A DNA stretch of 63,980 bases, counting the filler, from Olpidium bornovanus S191 (Eukaryota > Fungi > Olpidiomycota), in the NCBI GenBank assembly GCA_017911155.1. It is 27 parts of 27 records of this genome, joined end to end, with 100 filler letters (N's around TTAATTAATTAA, not from the genome) between each part and the next. Parts side by side here need not be neighbours in the genome. Positions count along the whole stretch, not along the records: positions 11,208 to 13,822 come from JAEFCI010005341.1; positions 13,923 to 15,583 come from JAEFCI010008998.1; positions 15,684 to 17,423 come from JAEFCI010003891.1; positions 17,524 to 18,537 come from JAEFCI010008295.1; positions 18,638 to 27,690 come from JAEFCI010008594.1; 22 more parts are not named here. One strand, written 5' to 3'. The position numbers and the translations under genes were made by a program. Within the stretch, counting starts at the first letter, position 1. Every line of letters starts with the position of its first letter. Of this stretch, positions 11,579 through 21,600 are shown in pieces. Under the pieces are notes generated by a model, which did not search any database, had not been told where the DNA came from, and saw only the letters and a program-made list of their open reading frames with translations.

Positions 11579-11699
11579 TGCAATAACAAGAGACTTGGAC
11601 TTTACCGAACCTTGTCGCTCCTCCTTCCTCCGTATGAGAGGAGTGCGACGCCGGAGCCTTCCCTTCGATCTTGCGTTTGATGCGTCCTTTGATCCCCGC

Positions 11700-12560
11700 A
11701 TCCATGGCTTCATTGCCTTCGGGCAGTCGCGTTTTAAATGCCCGAGCTTCATGTAACCAAAGCAGCGATGCCCTTCTTTCTTCTTGTTGATCGGGCGCTT
11801 TGTCAACCCGCGAGTCACAGCGAGCGCACTTCCCGTGGTCGACGCGGTAAACGCAATGGCCTCCCGTCTTCGCCTGACATCAGCTTCCCGCAGCACAGCG
11901 ACGGTTTCTCCAAGGGAAATGCGTGCGCCACTCCTCCGTGGCCTCATCCTTGCGGGAGTTCGCTTCCAGTACGTCAATGCTCGTCCAGAAAAGGTGGAGA
12001 CTCCCATGAGGATGACGTCTCTCGCCTCGCGCTTCCAATCGCAAACGTTGTCTTCCCCTCTGTTTCTAATCCGTTGTACTTGGTCCTTCACCTGAAGGCA
12101 GAACTTGTCAAAGCTTTCCGTGTTCCTCCATGGACATGGTGTAGAGGCCTTTTTTGAGGTCAAGTCGCGCACTCGAAGTGGGCGCTTCATTTCACCCAGG
12201 CATCGGCTGAAGTCTCGGTCTCGTCGAGGAGGTGCCTGTAGAAATCACTCATGTGTAAGACGATCTCCCCGAAGGCTTCCCCGTCAGCCTGCAACCGTTC
12301 CTGCAGTTCTGCCGCGTTTCCGGCGCTCCCAGCGCGAGGGCGTGGTACCGCTCCTGAAGCAATCAACCAAAGGCGCCTCCTCTGCAGGACGGCGCGCATG
12401 GAGACCTTCCACGAGCGCCAGTTATCCTCCTCGAGAGCAGCTATCACGAGTCGCGCCGCATGCATCGCCGACCCTTCCTCCATGGTCAGCTCGCACGTGT
12501 CCCCCTTCCTCTGCCGTGTCGTTTTACCGTCGACTCTTCCGCGCCGTGCACGCAGCAACG
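11700..12560 (-). mobile_element. Ty1/copia gag, frameshifted pseudogene
   Basis: LEEDNWRSWKVSMRAVLQRRRLWLIASG..EAFGEIVLHM..TSADAW (copia gag N-terminus) and a degenerate zinc knuckle CFGYMKLGHLKRDC. Confidence 0.85.
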
Positions 12561-12687
12561 GTCTCCCTGACGTTCTCAGGCACTGCGCGTAGTCCGTTGC
12601 GCGCGTGGAGGAGAACGTAATACGTTGCGCGCGTGGAGGATGGGATGGAGGTCCTACGGGATGATTTGCGGGCAGCGGGGTCCGGTT

Positions 12688-12953
12688 GGGCTCATAACCT
12701 GTCGCCCGTTGATTGTACGGAGATTCCCCGTTCGTGTTTGCATTCGTAAGCGGCGTAGTGTATGTACAGGGGGAGGTGGTCGGGAGTAGTAGCTATAGTA
12801 GAACATTGCGGGGTTCCGGCTAACCGCCCGACCTCCAAACAGGAAGTACCTATAAAAACCTTCCGGGGTTCCGACCAGTGTGCGGAAGACATAGGGGATT
12901 TGCATAAGCACTTGGATAATCTACCGAGCTCCGCGACGGACGCACTTCCAACA
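12688..12953 (-). mobile_element. Copia 5' LTR (12700-12953, TGTTGG..CGACA) with adjacent PBS GGTTATGAGCCC (12688-12699)
   Basis: Canonical TG..CA ends. GGTTATG(A/G)GCCC is the known copia-type PBS directly upstream of gag. Confidence 0.8.
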
Positions 12954-13494
12954 CAAACAATTCACCACAACAGCGGATGAACGAAAATTTAGAATTTCCA
13001 GGTTAAGATTTTACAACGTGCGGGCGGAAAGTAAATGCGGTTCAACTTCGTTGACTGTGGCGCTTCGCGCAACAAAAGCTTCTGGGAAGAGTGGGCATCT
13101 ATTTCATTACCACGTGATCCATCGAAATATTATTTAACTATACGACGTTTGCGAGCCGCCGCGTCCGGTGACACAAAGGCGGAGAATACTTCTGTAAAGC
13201 AAAATCTCCCCTCCCCGCCAAACTGTGTACCTTCCTCCCCCACTTCCGTGCTCCCACTGGTGCGCCGCTATGTTCCTGTACATCTTCATGGACTCAACCT
13301 GACCTTCAACGTGAACGGAATGCAACTTTTGACTCAAAAATGCCCCTCAAACGTTTCTCACACGCAAAACTAAAAGAAAAACAAAAAAAATCCTAAGCTG
13401 AGACCACCTTTTCGCTGCGTACAAACGGAACAAAATTCTTAGTCAAAAATTTGAAAATGCGTTGAAGAGGGAGCTGTAGTCGACGGGCGACCAT

Positions 13495-13822
13495 TTATAT
13501 GCCGGCAACCTTGACCCTCTCGTCGATTGCCTGGAAAGTCTTGTCGTAAGTGGGCCCAGCCGGGGTGCCGAAAGGCATCTGGGCAATAAGGCGCCACTCT
13601 TCATCGACGTGCCAGTTAACCTTGACGAACTCGTCAATGACCGGGTTGTAGTGCTGGGAGAATCGTGATAGGAAGGAATGGGATGGGGGCGCGGGGTAGG
13701 GGCGGTCACCTCCAAGCCAGTTTCGTAACAGAAATCATTTTCAAGAAAGGAAAAGTTTCACCTGGAGGGAACAACCGAGACCCTCAGCTTCAAGAGCGGT
13801 CCACACAACGTGCTGGAGCATG
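13495..13822 (-). CDS. Nitroreductase family protein (Frm2/Hbn1-like), C-terminal two exons (13762-13822, 13495-13653)
   Basis: MLQHVVWTALEAEGLGCSLQ|HYNPVIDEFVKVNWHVDEEWRLIAQMPFGTPAGPTYDKTFQAIDERVKV*. Confidence 0.9.
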
Positions 13823-13979
13823 NNNNNNNNNNNNNNNNNNNNNNNNNNNNNNNNNNNNNNNNNNNNTTAATTAATTAANNNNNNNNNNNNNNNNNNNNNN
13901 NNNNNNNNNNNNNNNNNNNNNNCCTTCCCTAGCCCAGTTTTTTACTGTACGCTCCTGGCGATCCCCTCTACCTTTTTGA

Positions 13980-14762
13980 TTAATGGCCCAAGGCTCCAAG
14001 TGCCAACCCTAAAACCCTAAATTTCGGCGAGACCCCTTGTAACCATAACCCTAACCCTAACCCTAACCCTACGTTGCATAGGTAGCTCCAGGGAACAAGG
14101 CCAAGCTTGGCGAGCTCGTCGAGCTCGTCGCGCTTGCCGGCGGGCCGGATAATTGCAGTTGGATCAGCGTGGACTCTGGCGTTGCTGTGTCCTGGCGCTG
14201 CCAGGACACAGGAACGCCAGAGGTGCTTCCTGACAACGTCTGCATGGTCCAGCTCCGGTCCTGTCCAGCCGTCGTCAACGTCCCGAAGTGATGTGACAAA
14301 AGCGGCGTATCCGGCTGAACGAGCTAGAATAATGAAATCGTTATCCCATGGCACGTGTTCGTCCCCACTATCCAGTACGTGGACGGGCGAGGTCCTCAGC
14401 GACCAACAGAGACTCAGGATGTGGCGTAGCCACCAGTCATTTTGCGACGGGTTTGCAATCTTGTAACTTAGGAGATTTTTTCTAACATGTTTGCCAAGTC
14501 GCTGAAATCCCTGTTTGCCGCACGGTCCCCCTCCATTCTCTTGACAAATCCTTGTAAAAAGGGGAGGGTGCTTTCGGTAATGGAGAGCCGCGCACACGAC
14601 CTCACAGCAGCGGGCATAGACAGGCAGTGATGGGGCAATGATTCTTTGCGCGCCTTGAGGAACACTGCCTCCCAATCTTCGTGTCCAGGCGTCTCGGGAG
14701 TCCCTACCTGCGATTTGGTGCGCTTCCTTTTCAATCTTGCCGTGCCAACGAGGGTAAGCCAT
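13980..14762 (-). CDS. Hypothetical ORF, unassigned; its 3' end runs through telomere-type repeats
   Basis: 260-codon ORF with protein-like composition but no recognised family. Confidence 0.25.
   Translation of the reverse strand: MAYPRWHGKIEKEAHQIAGRDSRDAWTRRLGGSVPQGAQRIIAPSLPVYARCCEVVCAALHYRKHPPLFTRICQENGGGPCGKQGFQRLGKHVRKNLLSYKIANPSQNDWWLRHILSLCWSLRTSPVHVLDSGDEHVPWDNDFIILARSAGYAAFVTSLRDVDDGWTGPELDHADVVRKHLWRSCVLAAPGHSNARVHADPTAIIRPAGKRDELDELAKLGLVPWSYLCNVGLGLGLGLWLQGVSPKFRVLGLALGALGH
14005..14071 (+). repeat. Interstitial telomere-type repeats (TAACCC)x4 plus variant CCCTAAAA/CCCTAAA units
   Basis: taaccctaaccctaaccctaacccta at 14046-14071; aaccctaaaaccctaaa at 14005-14021. Confidence 0.85.
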
Positions 14763-15155
14763 GGATGTCAGGTTGAAGACAGCCTGACTTGAAGGACCAC
14801 AAAATTATTCTTTTACCGATGCTTGCGGGTCAGGGCAGTCACTCTGGCCTCAAAAACAAGTTTGGCATAGTTTCCGATATAAGCTTTGTTTTTTGCCACT
14901 TCGAGTCCTTCGTCGTATAGTGCCTTCGCCTCCCGTTTCACCACGGGATTTTTGGACAGCTCCCATGAGCCATGAAGCGGAAGAGTGCTCGAATGGGCAA
15001 TAAAGTGCAAGAAGGAGGGTGCAAATGAGCAAAGAGGAGGAAGAAAGAATACGCGAGGTGAAACGCCCGTTAGCTGCTCGCTAAGAGGTGGAAATACGCA
15101 TCAGAGATCTGCTCACAACTCCTTGGACCACCACAACCGATTGCCACGGACCAGT

Positions 15156-15418
15156 GTCTCTGCCAGGGGCGGGATGACCTATAGGCCCTGCCATAAACTT
15201 GCCGTGCCGTCAAATGCAGTCCAAGGCAAGGCTAGCCCCCGGCCGCAACGAGCTATTGCAACGCGCGTTTTCGACAACTAGTCCGCACCGGCCAGCGCAA
15301 CGTCTCTGCCAAGGGCGGGGTGACCTACTGGCCCTGCCATAAACTTGCCGTGCCGCCAAAGGCGGACAAGGCAAAGCTAGCCCCGACCGCGACGTGCTAC
15401 TGCATGCGCGTTTTCGAC
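15156..15418 (+). repeat. Diverged tandem duplication, 2 copies, period 146 bp
   Basis: gtctctgcca.gggcggg.tgaccta..ggccctgccataaacttgccgtgccg..gctagcccc..gcgcgttttcgac starts at 15156 and 15302. Confidence 0.9.
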
Positions 15419-16583
15419 CGGTGGACTGGCTGCAACCGGTTGCCCTGGCGAGAGAGAAAGCCTACCTTTATGATTTGAATTGCTTGAAGTTTGCGAGTAT
15501 GGTCTTCTTCCTTGTGGTAGCCGCAAATCCGCTCTCTGAGCTGGTTCACAAACCGCACGTGCCAATACCGAAAGTCGCCCGCANNNNNNNNNNNNNNNNN
15601 NNNNNNNNNNNNNNNNNNNNNNNNNNNTTAATTAATTAANNNNNNNNNNNNNNNNNNNNNNNNNNNNNNNNNNNNNNNNNNNNGCACTTGGACTCTTGTA
15701 GTTGCCGTACGGATCACTCGGGCGAGGGGGAGTGTTCAGATATGCGCCCTCGTTTTTGCCCCCCCCCCCTTTTTCTTTTTCTTTTTGACCGCCCGGCACC
15801 TCCCCGCTGTAACCGTCAACCATAGCAAATACACGAGAGAACGTTGAGCTGAACGTAACACCGGCGTCAAGTCACGTGACGTGCCGCTGGCGCACTCCCT
15901 CACCGCCCCTCGCCCTCTCTCACCGGCACCAGCCCTCCCACAAACCCTTCCGCCGCACTCAACGCGCAACTTCTGTAATCCCTCGGACAAAGCAGAACGG
16001 GACCGATGTCGGCGAAGTCTGCGCCAGCCCCGTCGGCGACAGTGGAGGAGGTTGTTCGAATGAAGAAGAGCGCGGCGGAGGCTGTTAAGACAGAGAATTA
16101 TAAGGTGGGGAGTGAAGCAGGGAACACGCGGGGCAAGTGCGGCAGGGAGGAAGGCGTGCCAGGCGCGGAACGCGCAGCCAGGTAGCCTGGGAAGGATTGC
16201 GCATCGTAAGCGGCCGGAATTGCCAGACCTGTTCTGCGAATTATCACTGCAGGAGACAAGGAAACTAGTCATCTAAACAATTTGCCGGCCAGCGTCTTAC
16301 CGGACGTTGAATTCGCGGGCGTATGAAGCGAGGTTTGACGAGTCACCCTGTGTGACCTGCGCTCGCAGTCTGCACTCGATGTGGTTGGCACTCGATTCAC
16401 AGTTGGATTTCACCTTTGTCTTACATGAGCATCCGCCTTGATGCTTGCCTGACGCGCTGCACGCCGGGACCGCTGGTTTAGACCCCGAACGGATGAAAGG
16501 GGGTGGGGGGGGGGGAGGAAGGGGGGGTTGGGAGAGGTTGAAAGCTTTTGATTTAACGCGTATCCACTCTCTATATTCACCAG

Positions 16584-17423
16584 CTTCTTTTGGACGTTCT
16601 CGACAATTTAAACCACATTCGTATTACGGAGTTACTGCTAAAGGTATGACTGCCATATGTATATCGCGTCACCTCACGGCCGCTTCTCGGTCCTTCAGCT
16701 GGATTCCGCTTTGACATCTTTAAGGTGTAGCCGCAAGTGGCGAGGCTTAAGAGAAGAGCCTAAAACTTATCGTGCTCCCATCTGCGGGGTTCGTTCAATG
16801 CGATTTCTGTCCCTGGCCAGAAAACCGACATTGGTCTTTTTGTCGCTGGCTTGCGCAAGAGTCCCAACAAGCAGGTGGCATCCGCCGCAAAGGAGATCGT
16901 GACTGCGTGGAAGAAAGACGTGTTGAAGTCAGCAACTGGGCCGATGACCGGGCGGAATAGAGCGAGTCATACGCCACCTCGCGCGGAGCTTGCCAGGAAG
17001 CAGAGCTCGTCGTCCGTTTCGAGCGAAAAGCGGCAATCTCTGTCTGAACGTGAGCAGAACACACGCTGGTGTTGGAACCGAGAGAATATGTGGCCCTATT
17101 TTTTTCGGTGATCCGGTTGAGCTCAAGATCTGGGCGTCCCGAGTTATAACAGTCGCCGGCTGGATGCCGCTTTTTGACGCGAGTACCATCCGCTCCGAAC
17201 CATCCCTTGTAGTTTCAATCCCAGAGCGAACTAACGTGACTCCCAAATGTGATTTAGCATGCGCCACGTCTCAGCCGTCCGAACCGGGCACCCCCCAGTC
17301 CCCCATGCCGTCCTCCACAACGTCCAACAGGACCGCGGAGACGGACAACCCGTCCTTCCAGGACCTTGGTGAGAACGCAAGGAACAAGGCGGTCAGGATG
17401 CTGTACAAGGCTTTGGCGACTGA
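16584..17423 (+). CDS. DST1: Transcription elongation factor TFIIS, internal exons, partial
   Basis: LLLDVLDNLNHIRITELLLK|KTDIGLFVAGLRKSPNKQVASAAKEIVTAWKKDV (N-terminal domain) and RTAETD..LGENARNKAVRMLYKAL (central domain). Confidence 0.85.
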
Positions 17424-17559
17424 NNNNNNNNNNNNNNNNNNNNNNNNNNNNNNNNNNNNNNNNNNNNTTAATTAATTAANNNNNNNNNNNNNNNNNNNNN
17501 NNNNNNNNNNNNNNNNNNNNNNNCCACTTCCACCCCCGGCAGGAGAGGCATTTTAACAC

Positions 17560-18405
17560 GTGCTCGAAGGCAGCAAGCACAAAACGCAACGTGTTCAACG
17601 CGACGCTGGCACGCGTGAAGGGAACGGAGCTGGAGAAGTTTGTCAAGGAGACCGGCAAAAAGCTGCCGAACGCGTCAGCGGAAGCGGAGAGGCTTCTGAG
17701 GAAGGCGAAGGAGGCGGCGAGGCGACTGGACGGCCTCAGCGGCAAAACGCAGGGGGCCGGAAACAAGGTGAGCAGCGCGCGAGCCGATCCGTCTCCCGGG
17801 GCTTGCGCGCGTGCGCCGCGGGGGAGATTCTAAAGAAAAAAAAAAAAGAAACCGGGGTTTTCTTACCTTTGCTTTACCCGAAAAAATAAAAAAAGGGCGA
17901 AGACCCGGAGCGCAAGCCCGCCTGGAAGGTGAAGCACGACTCGTTCATCCGGATGGTCCGCAACGCGCGGATGCCGGCGGGGAACGGGCCGTACGCGCCG
18001 CCCGACGAGAACCCGGACTACGTCAAGTGCGACGCGTGCGGGCGGCGGTTCAACGAGGCGGCCGCGGAGCGGCACATCCCGCACTGCAGGCAGCAGGCGC
18101 AGAAGAGGGCGATGCTCGGCCGGTCCGCCGCCGCCCGCAGCAGGGCGGCGGCGGCAAACTCCGGTGCGGCGACCCCGGCGGCCGCCGCCGCCCGGGGCGG
18201 CGGACACGGCGCGAAGAGAAAGACGGCGGGGCCCGGCATCCCGCACGCGGCGTCGACGGCGGCGGCGGCGCCTTCGCCGTCGTCGTCGTCCAGGGCGGAG
18301 GCGCGCGGCGGCGGCGGCGCCGTCCCGTGGTGCGCCGGGTGCGGGGCAAGGTTTAACGCGACGGCGAAATTCTGCTCGGCGTGCGGAGGCAGGAGGCCGC
18401 GGTAG
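17560..18405 (+). CDS. C2HC zinc finger protein (ZC2HC1/FAM164-like) with C-terminal zinc ribbon, 5' partial
   Basis: VFNATLARVKGTELEKF; KPAWKVKHDSFIRMVRNAR; CDACGRRFNEAAAERHIPHC; CAGCGARFNATAKFCSACG. Confidence 0.75.
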
Positions 18406-18479
18406 GCGGAGCGGTTCCGCGCTCTTAAGCCCACCGGGCGTGAGTTGGGGGGGGGGGGGGGGGGGGGGGGGGGGCGGGC

Positions 18480-18525
<46 letters not shown>

Positions 18526-18637
18526 GGGGGGGGGGGGNNNNNNNNNNNNNNNNNNNNNNNNNNNNNNNNNNNNNNNNNNNNTTAATTAATTAANNNNNNN
18601 NNNNNNNNNNNNNNNNNNNNNNNNNNNNNNNNNNNNN

Positions 18638-21600
18638 CATGATGATGGCCAGGCCGAGCGAAAGTAAGTTTCTTTTCCAAATAGGTATACGGTTAAAAGC
18701 GTTGTTGTTGCCCAATTGAGCAACAACGCTAACTTATAATCATCTTTCGTTAGTTGCGACCCGCATCAAATTTTTACATCAGGCCATAAAATCTTCACAA
18801 TCTTCCGCAACACTTCTATTCAACCTCAACGAGCTATCGCAAATTCTACTCTGTGCGAACGAGGACATTCTGGCGGGAATGTTTCCTTTGGACTCCTTCG
18901 TTCGCGAACTTGTGAATATTCTCCGGGGTGGCGGCGGCGCCGCGTCCGGATCGTCAAGCAGCGAAGACTTTGGGATGGCTAGAGACCTCGGGCCCAACCC
19001 CGAGGTAATGCTGATGGCCTGCCGGTGCTTAACGAACCTTGTGGAGGCACTGCCTTCTGCTGCCCCTGCGGTCGTTTACGGTGGCGCAGTACCCGTACTG
19101 TGCGCAAAGCTATTGGAGATCCAGTACATCGAATTAGCGGAGGGCGCGTTAGCGGTAGGCGGAAACGTGATGGAGTCCGCTTGTTGTGGTTTTATCGGTA
19201 GCTGTAAGTTCAGGCGTTAACGCGCTCCTGCCCCTGATGTCGCTTCGCTAGACGTTGGAAAAGTTGTCCTTGGACTATCCGACAGCCATCGTTCGCGAGG
19301 GCGGACTGGCAGCCGTTCTGCAATTCCTGGATTTTTTCAACACAAGCGTGCAGCGTACGGCCGTCACCACTGCTGCCAACTGCGCGCGCAACGTTCCGAT
19401 GGATTGCTTTCCCCAGGTTATAGATGTGATAGGCAACATCAAGCAGGTGTTAGAGTATTCCGATAGCAGAGGTACGCCAATCTTCGTGGTCTGAGAGAGT
19501 TCTGTTACACTGGAGATAGTGGGACTCGTTGGGTTACACGGTCGCCGTCTCTTGTTAGTTGTGGAGCAGGCTTGTCTGTGTCTGATGAGGCTGGCTGAAA
19601 GTTTCCGAAACAGCACAGCGAAAATTGAGGTATCCATCTTCTGTTAGTGATGCTGACAGAGGCGTATTTTTTGCGGGATAGTCACTAACGGGGTAACGTG
19701 CAGGAAATGGTTTCTGAAGACCTGCTTGCTACTGTTGTCCGACTTCTCGGAGTTGGAACCGCCGATTCCAGGAACGGGTCATCGTCGCCAAACATCTTCT
19801 CTAGACTATTGCAGTTTCTGTCGATTTTGTCCAAGTCCTCGCCCCAGCGCGGTTATTCACTTCTGCGTTTGGGAATTGTCGATATTATCTACGTTGCGTT
19901 AACGGGAAGACGCCCTCCGGAAGACGCGATCTCTGAACTACAAGAACCGAAGGATACGGGGGAGAGTGAAGTATGCTTTGGGGAGTCCCACGCAATCGAA
20001 TTGCAGGTGGTATTGGATCATATTCAGCAAAGACCTGCGGACGAAGTCGCCGACATCTTGGATGTTGTCAGCGAGCTTTTGCCGCCTCTACGCTCTTGCG
20101 GTATGTTCAACCGGATTCTTCAGAGTTCCCAAGTGGCCGTGTCCAGCATGCCGGCTGCCCCGCCGGCTGCTCGCCCCGGCGAGCATTCGGTGACACCCGG
20201 TGCCGCAGGATCGGAGGCAAAAGACACTAGAAAGGAGCTCCTCAAGGAGTCGCCAGATTTGGTTGCGCGCTTTGGCAAGATCCTCCTGCCGGTCCTTATG
20301 GAAATCTACGCCGCTTCTACAAACCCCCAGATTCGAAGACGCGTCCTGGTGGCAATCCTAAAAATTCTCCACTTCACTCCAGCCGAACAGCTTGCACGGA
20401 CGTTGCACACCGTGTCGTTTGCGACCTTTGTTGCCTGCGTCCTTCTCCAAAGCATTACCGGCTTGAACTCCGTCAAGAGCGCCGCGTCTCCGCGGCCGGC
20501 GAGACCGAATATGTACCAGTATGACATGGCCGACAAGGGAAATCAAAGCGAGCAGCCCTACGTCGCCACATTGGTAGCGGGACTGCAGATGGCCGACATG
20601 TGCATGGCCAAGCTTCCGGACCTTTACCACACACTTTTCCGGCGCGAGGGAGTCGTGCACGAAATCGCCAAAATTGCCAAAATGGAGCCACCGGCCCGCG
20701 ATCTGCCTCCGTCATCTCCGGCGCCTGCCGGCGCATCGCTACCGCCTTCTGCCGGCGGCACCACGTTGCCTTCCAGCGTGGAAGGTTCTTCATCGTTTTC
20801 TGGCAGGTCCCCATTTTCCACCGCCACCGCTGGCCCAACTTCGAGCCCCACCGCGGCGAGCACGAGCGCACTCGTGGCAGCGATCTTGAGACGCGTGCGA
20901 GACCTCGCACCTGACGGCGCCCACCTTTCGTTCCTCGAACGTGAAATTGCGGCCGTGGCTGATGAGGCGGCCGACGGGGTTGCAGAGGATACGATCAAGA
21001 TGATCGCCCCGGGCTCCTTGGGCGCTGCATCATCGGCCGTTTCGTCGTCGGGCTCGAGCGCGGACGCCGCTACATCATCGGTGCCCGCGGCGGTGTCCTA
21101 TTCCTCCGCCCGCCCTGCGTCCGCCATCACTGCGCGCATGATGGAACGCCTTATTGGCACGCCCGAACGTGCCGGATCGCTTGGCATGAACATTTCCACT
21201 GCCCGTTCGCGGGTTGACACGGTGACGAATGAGGCCAAGACATGGGCGATCAACAAAGCGAAATCCCTGTGCGAAACGTACTTCCCCGAACTACAGGTGA
21301 GTGAGTCTGTCTAATCTCTGATTTGTTGTGTCTTTGTAACATGCGACTTCCCGCGGTGACAGCTAACTCAAAGGGCGTGTTCATGTTTGAACTTACCACG
21401 TTGTCAGGAGGACGAAGAAAAGCCCGACCCACACCCTGCCGCTCGAAGATTGGCCGAGCTTCGTCGCCTTTCGAAAAATCTTGCGGGAAAGAAGGATGAC
21501 CCGACCGCCGCTGGCACGCTACGTTGTATTGCCGAGCTCCTTGGCGACGTCCGTGATGGCATCTCGTCTTTTGAATTGTTAAAATCGGGTCTCATCGACT

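Noticed and set aside
14174-14240. Helitron 3' end interpretation of the hairpin
   Set aside because: The stem is longer than typical and there is no CTRR followed by T at the expected distance.
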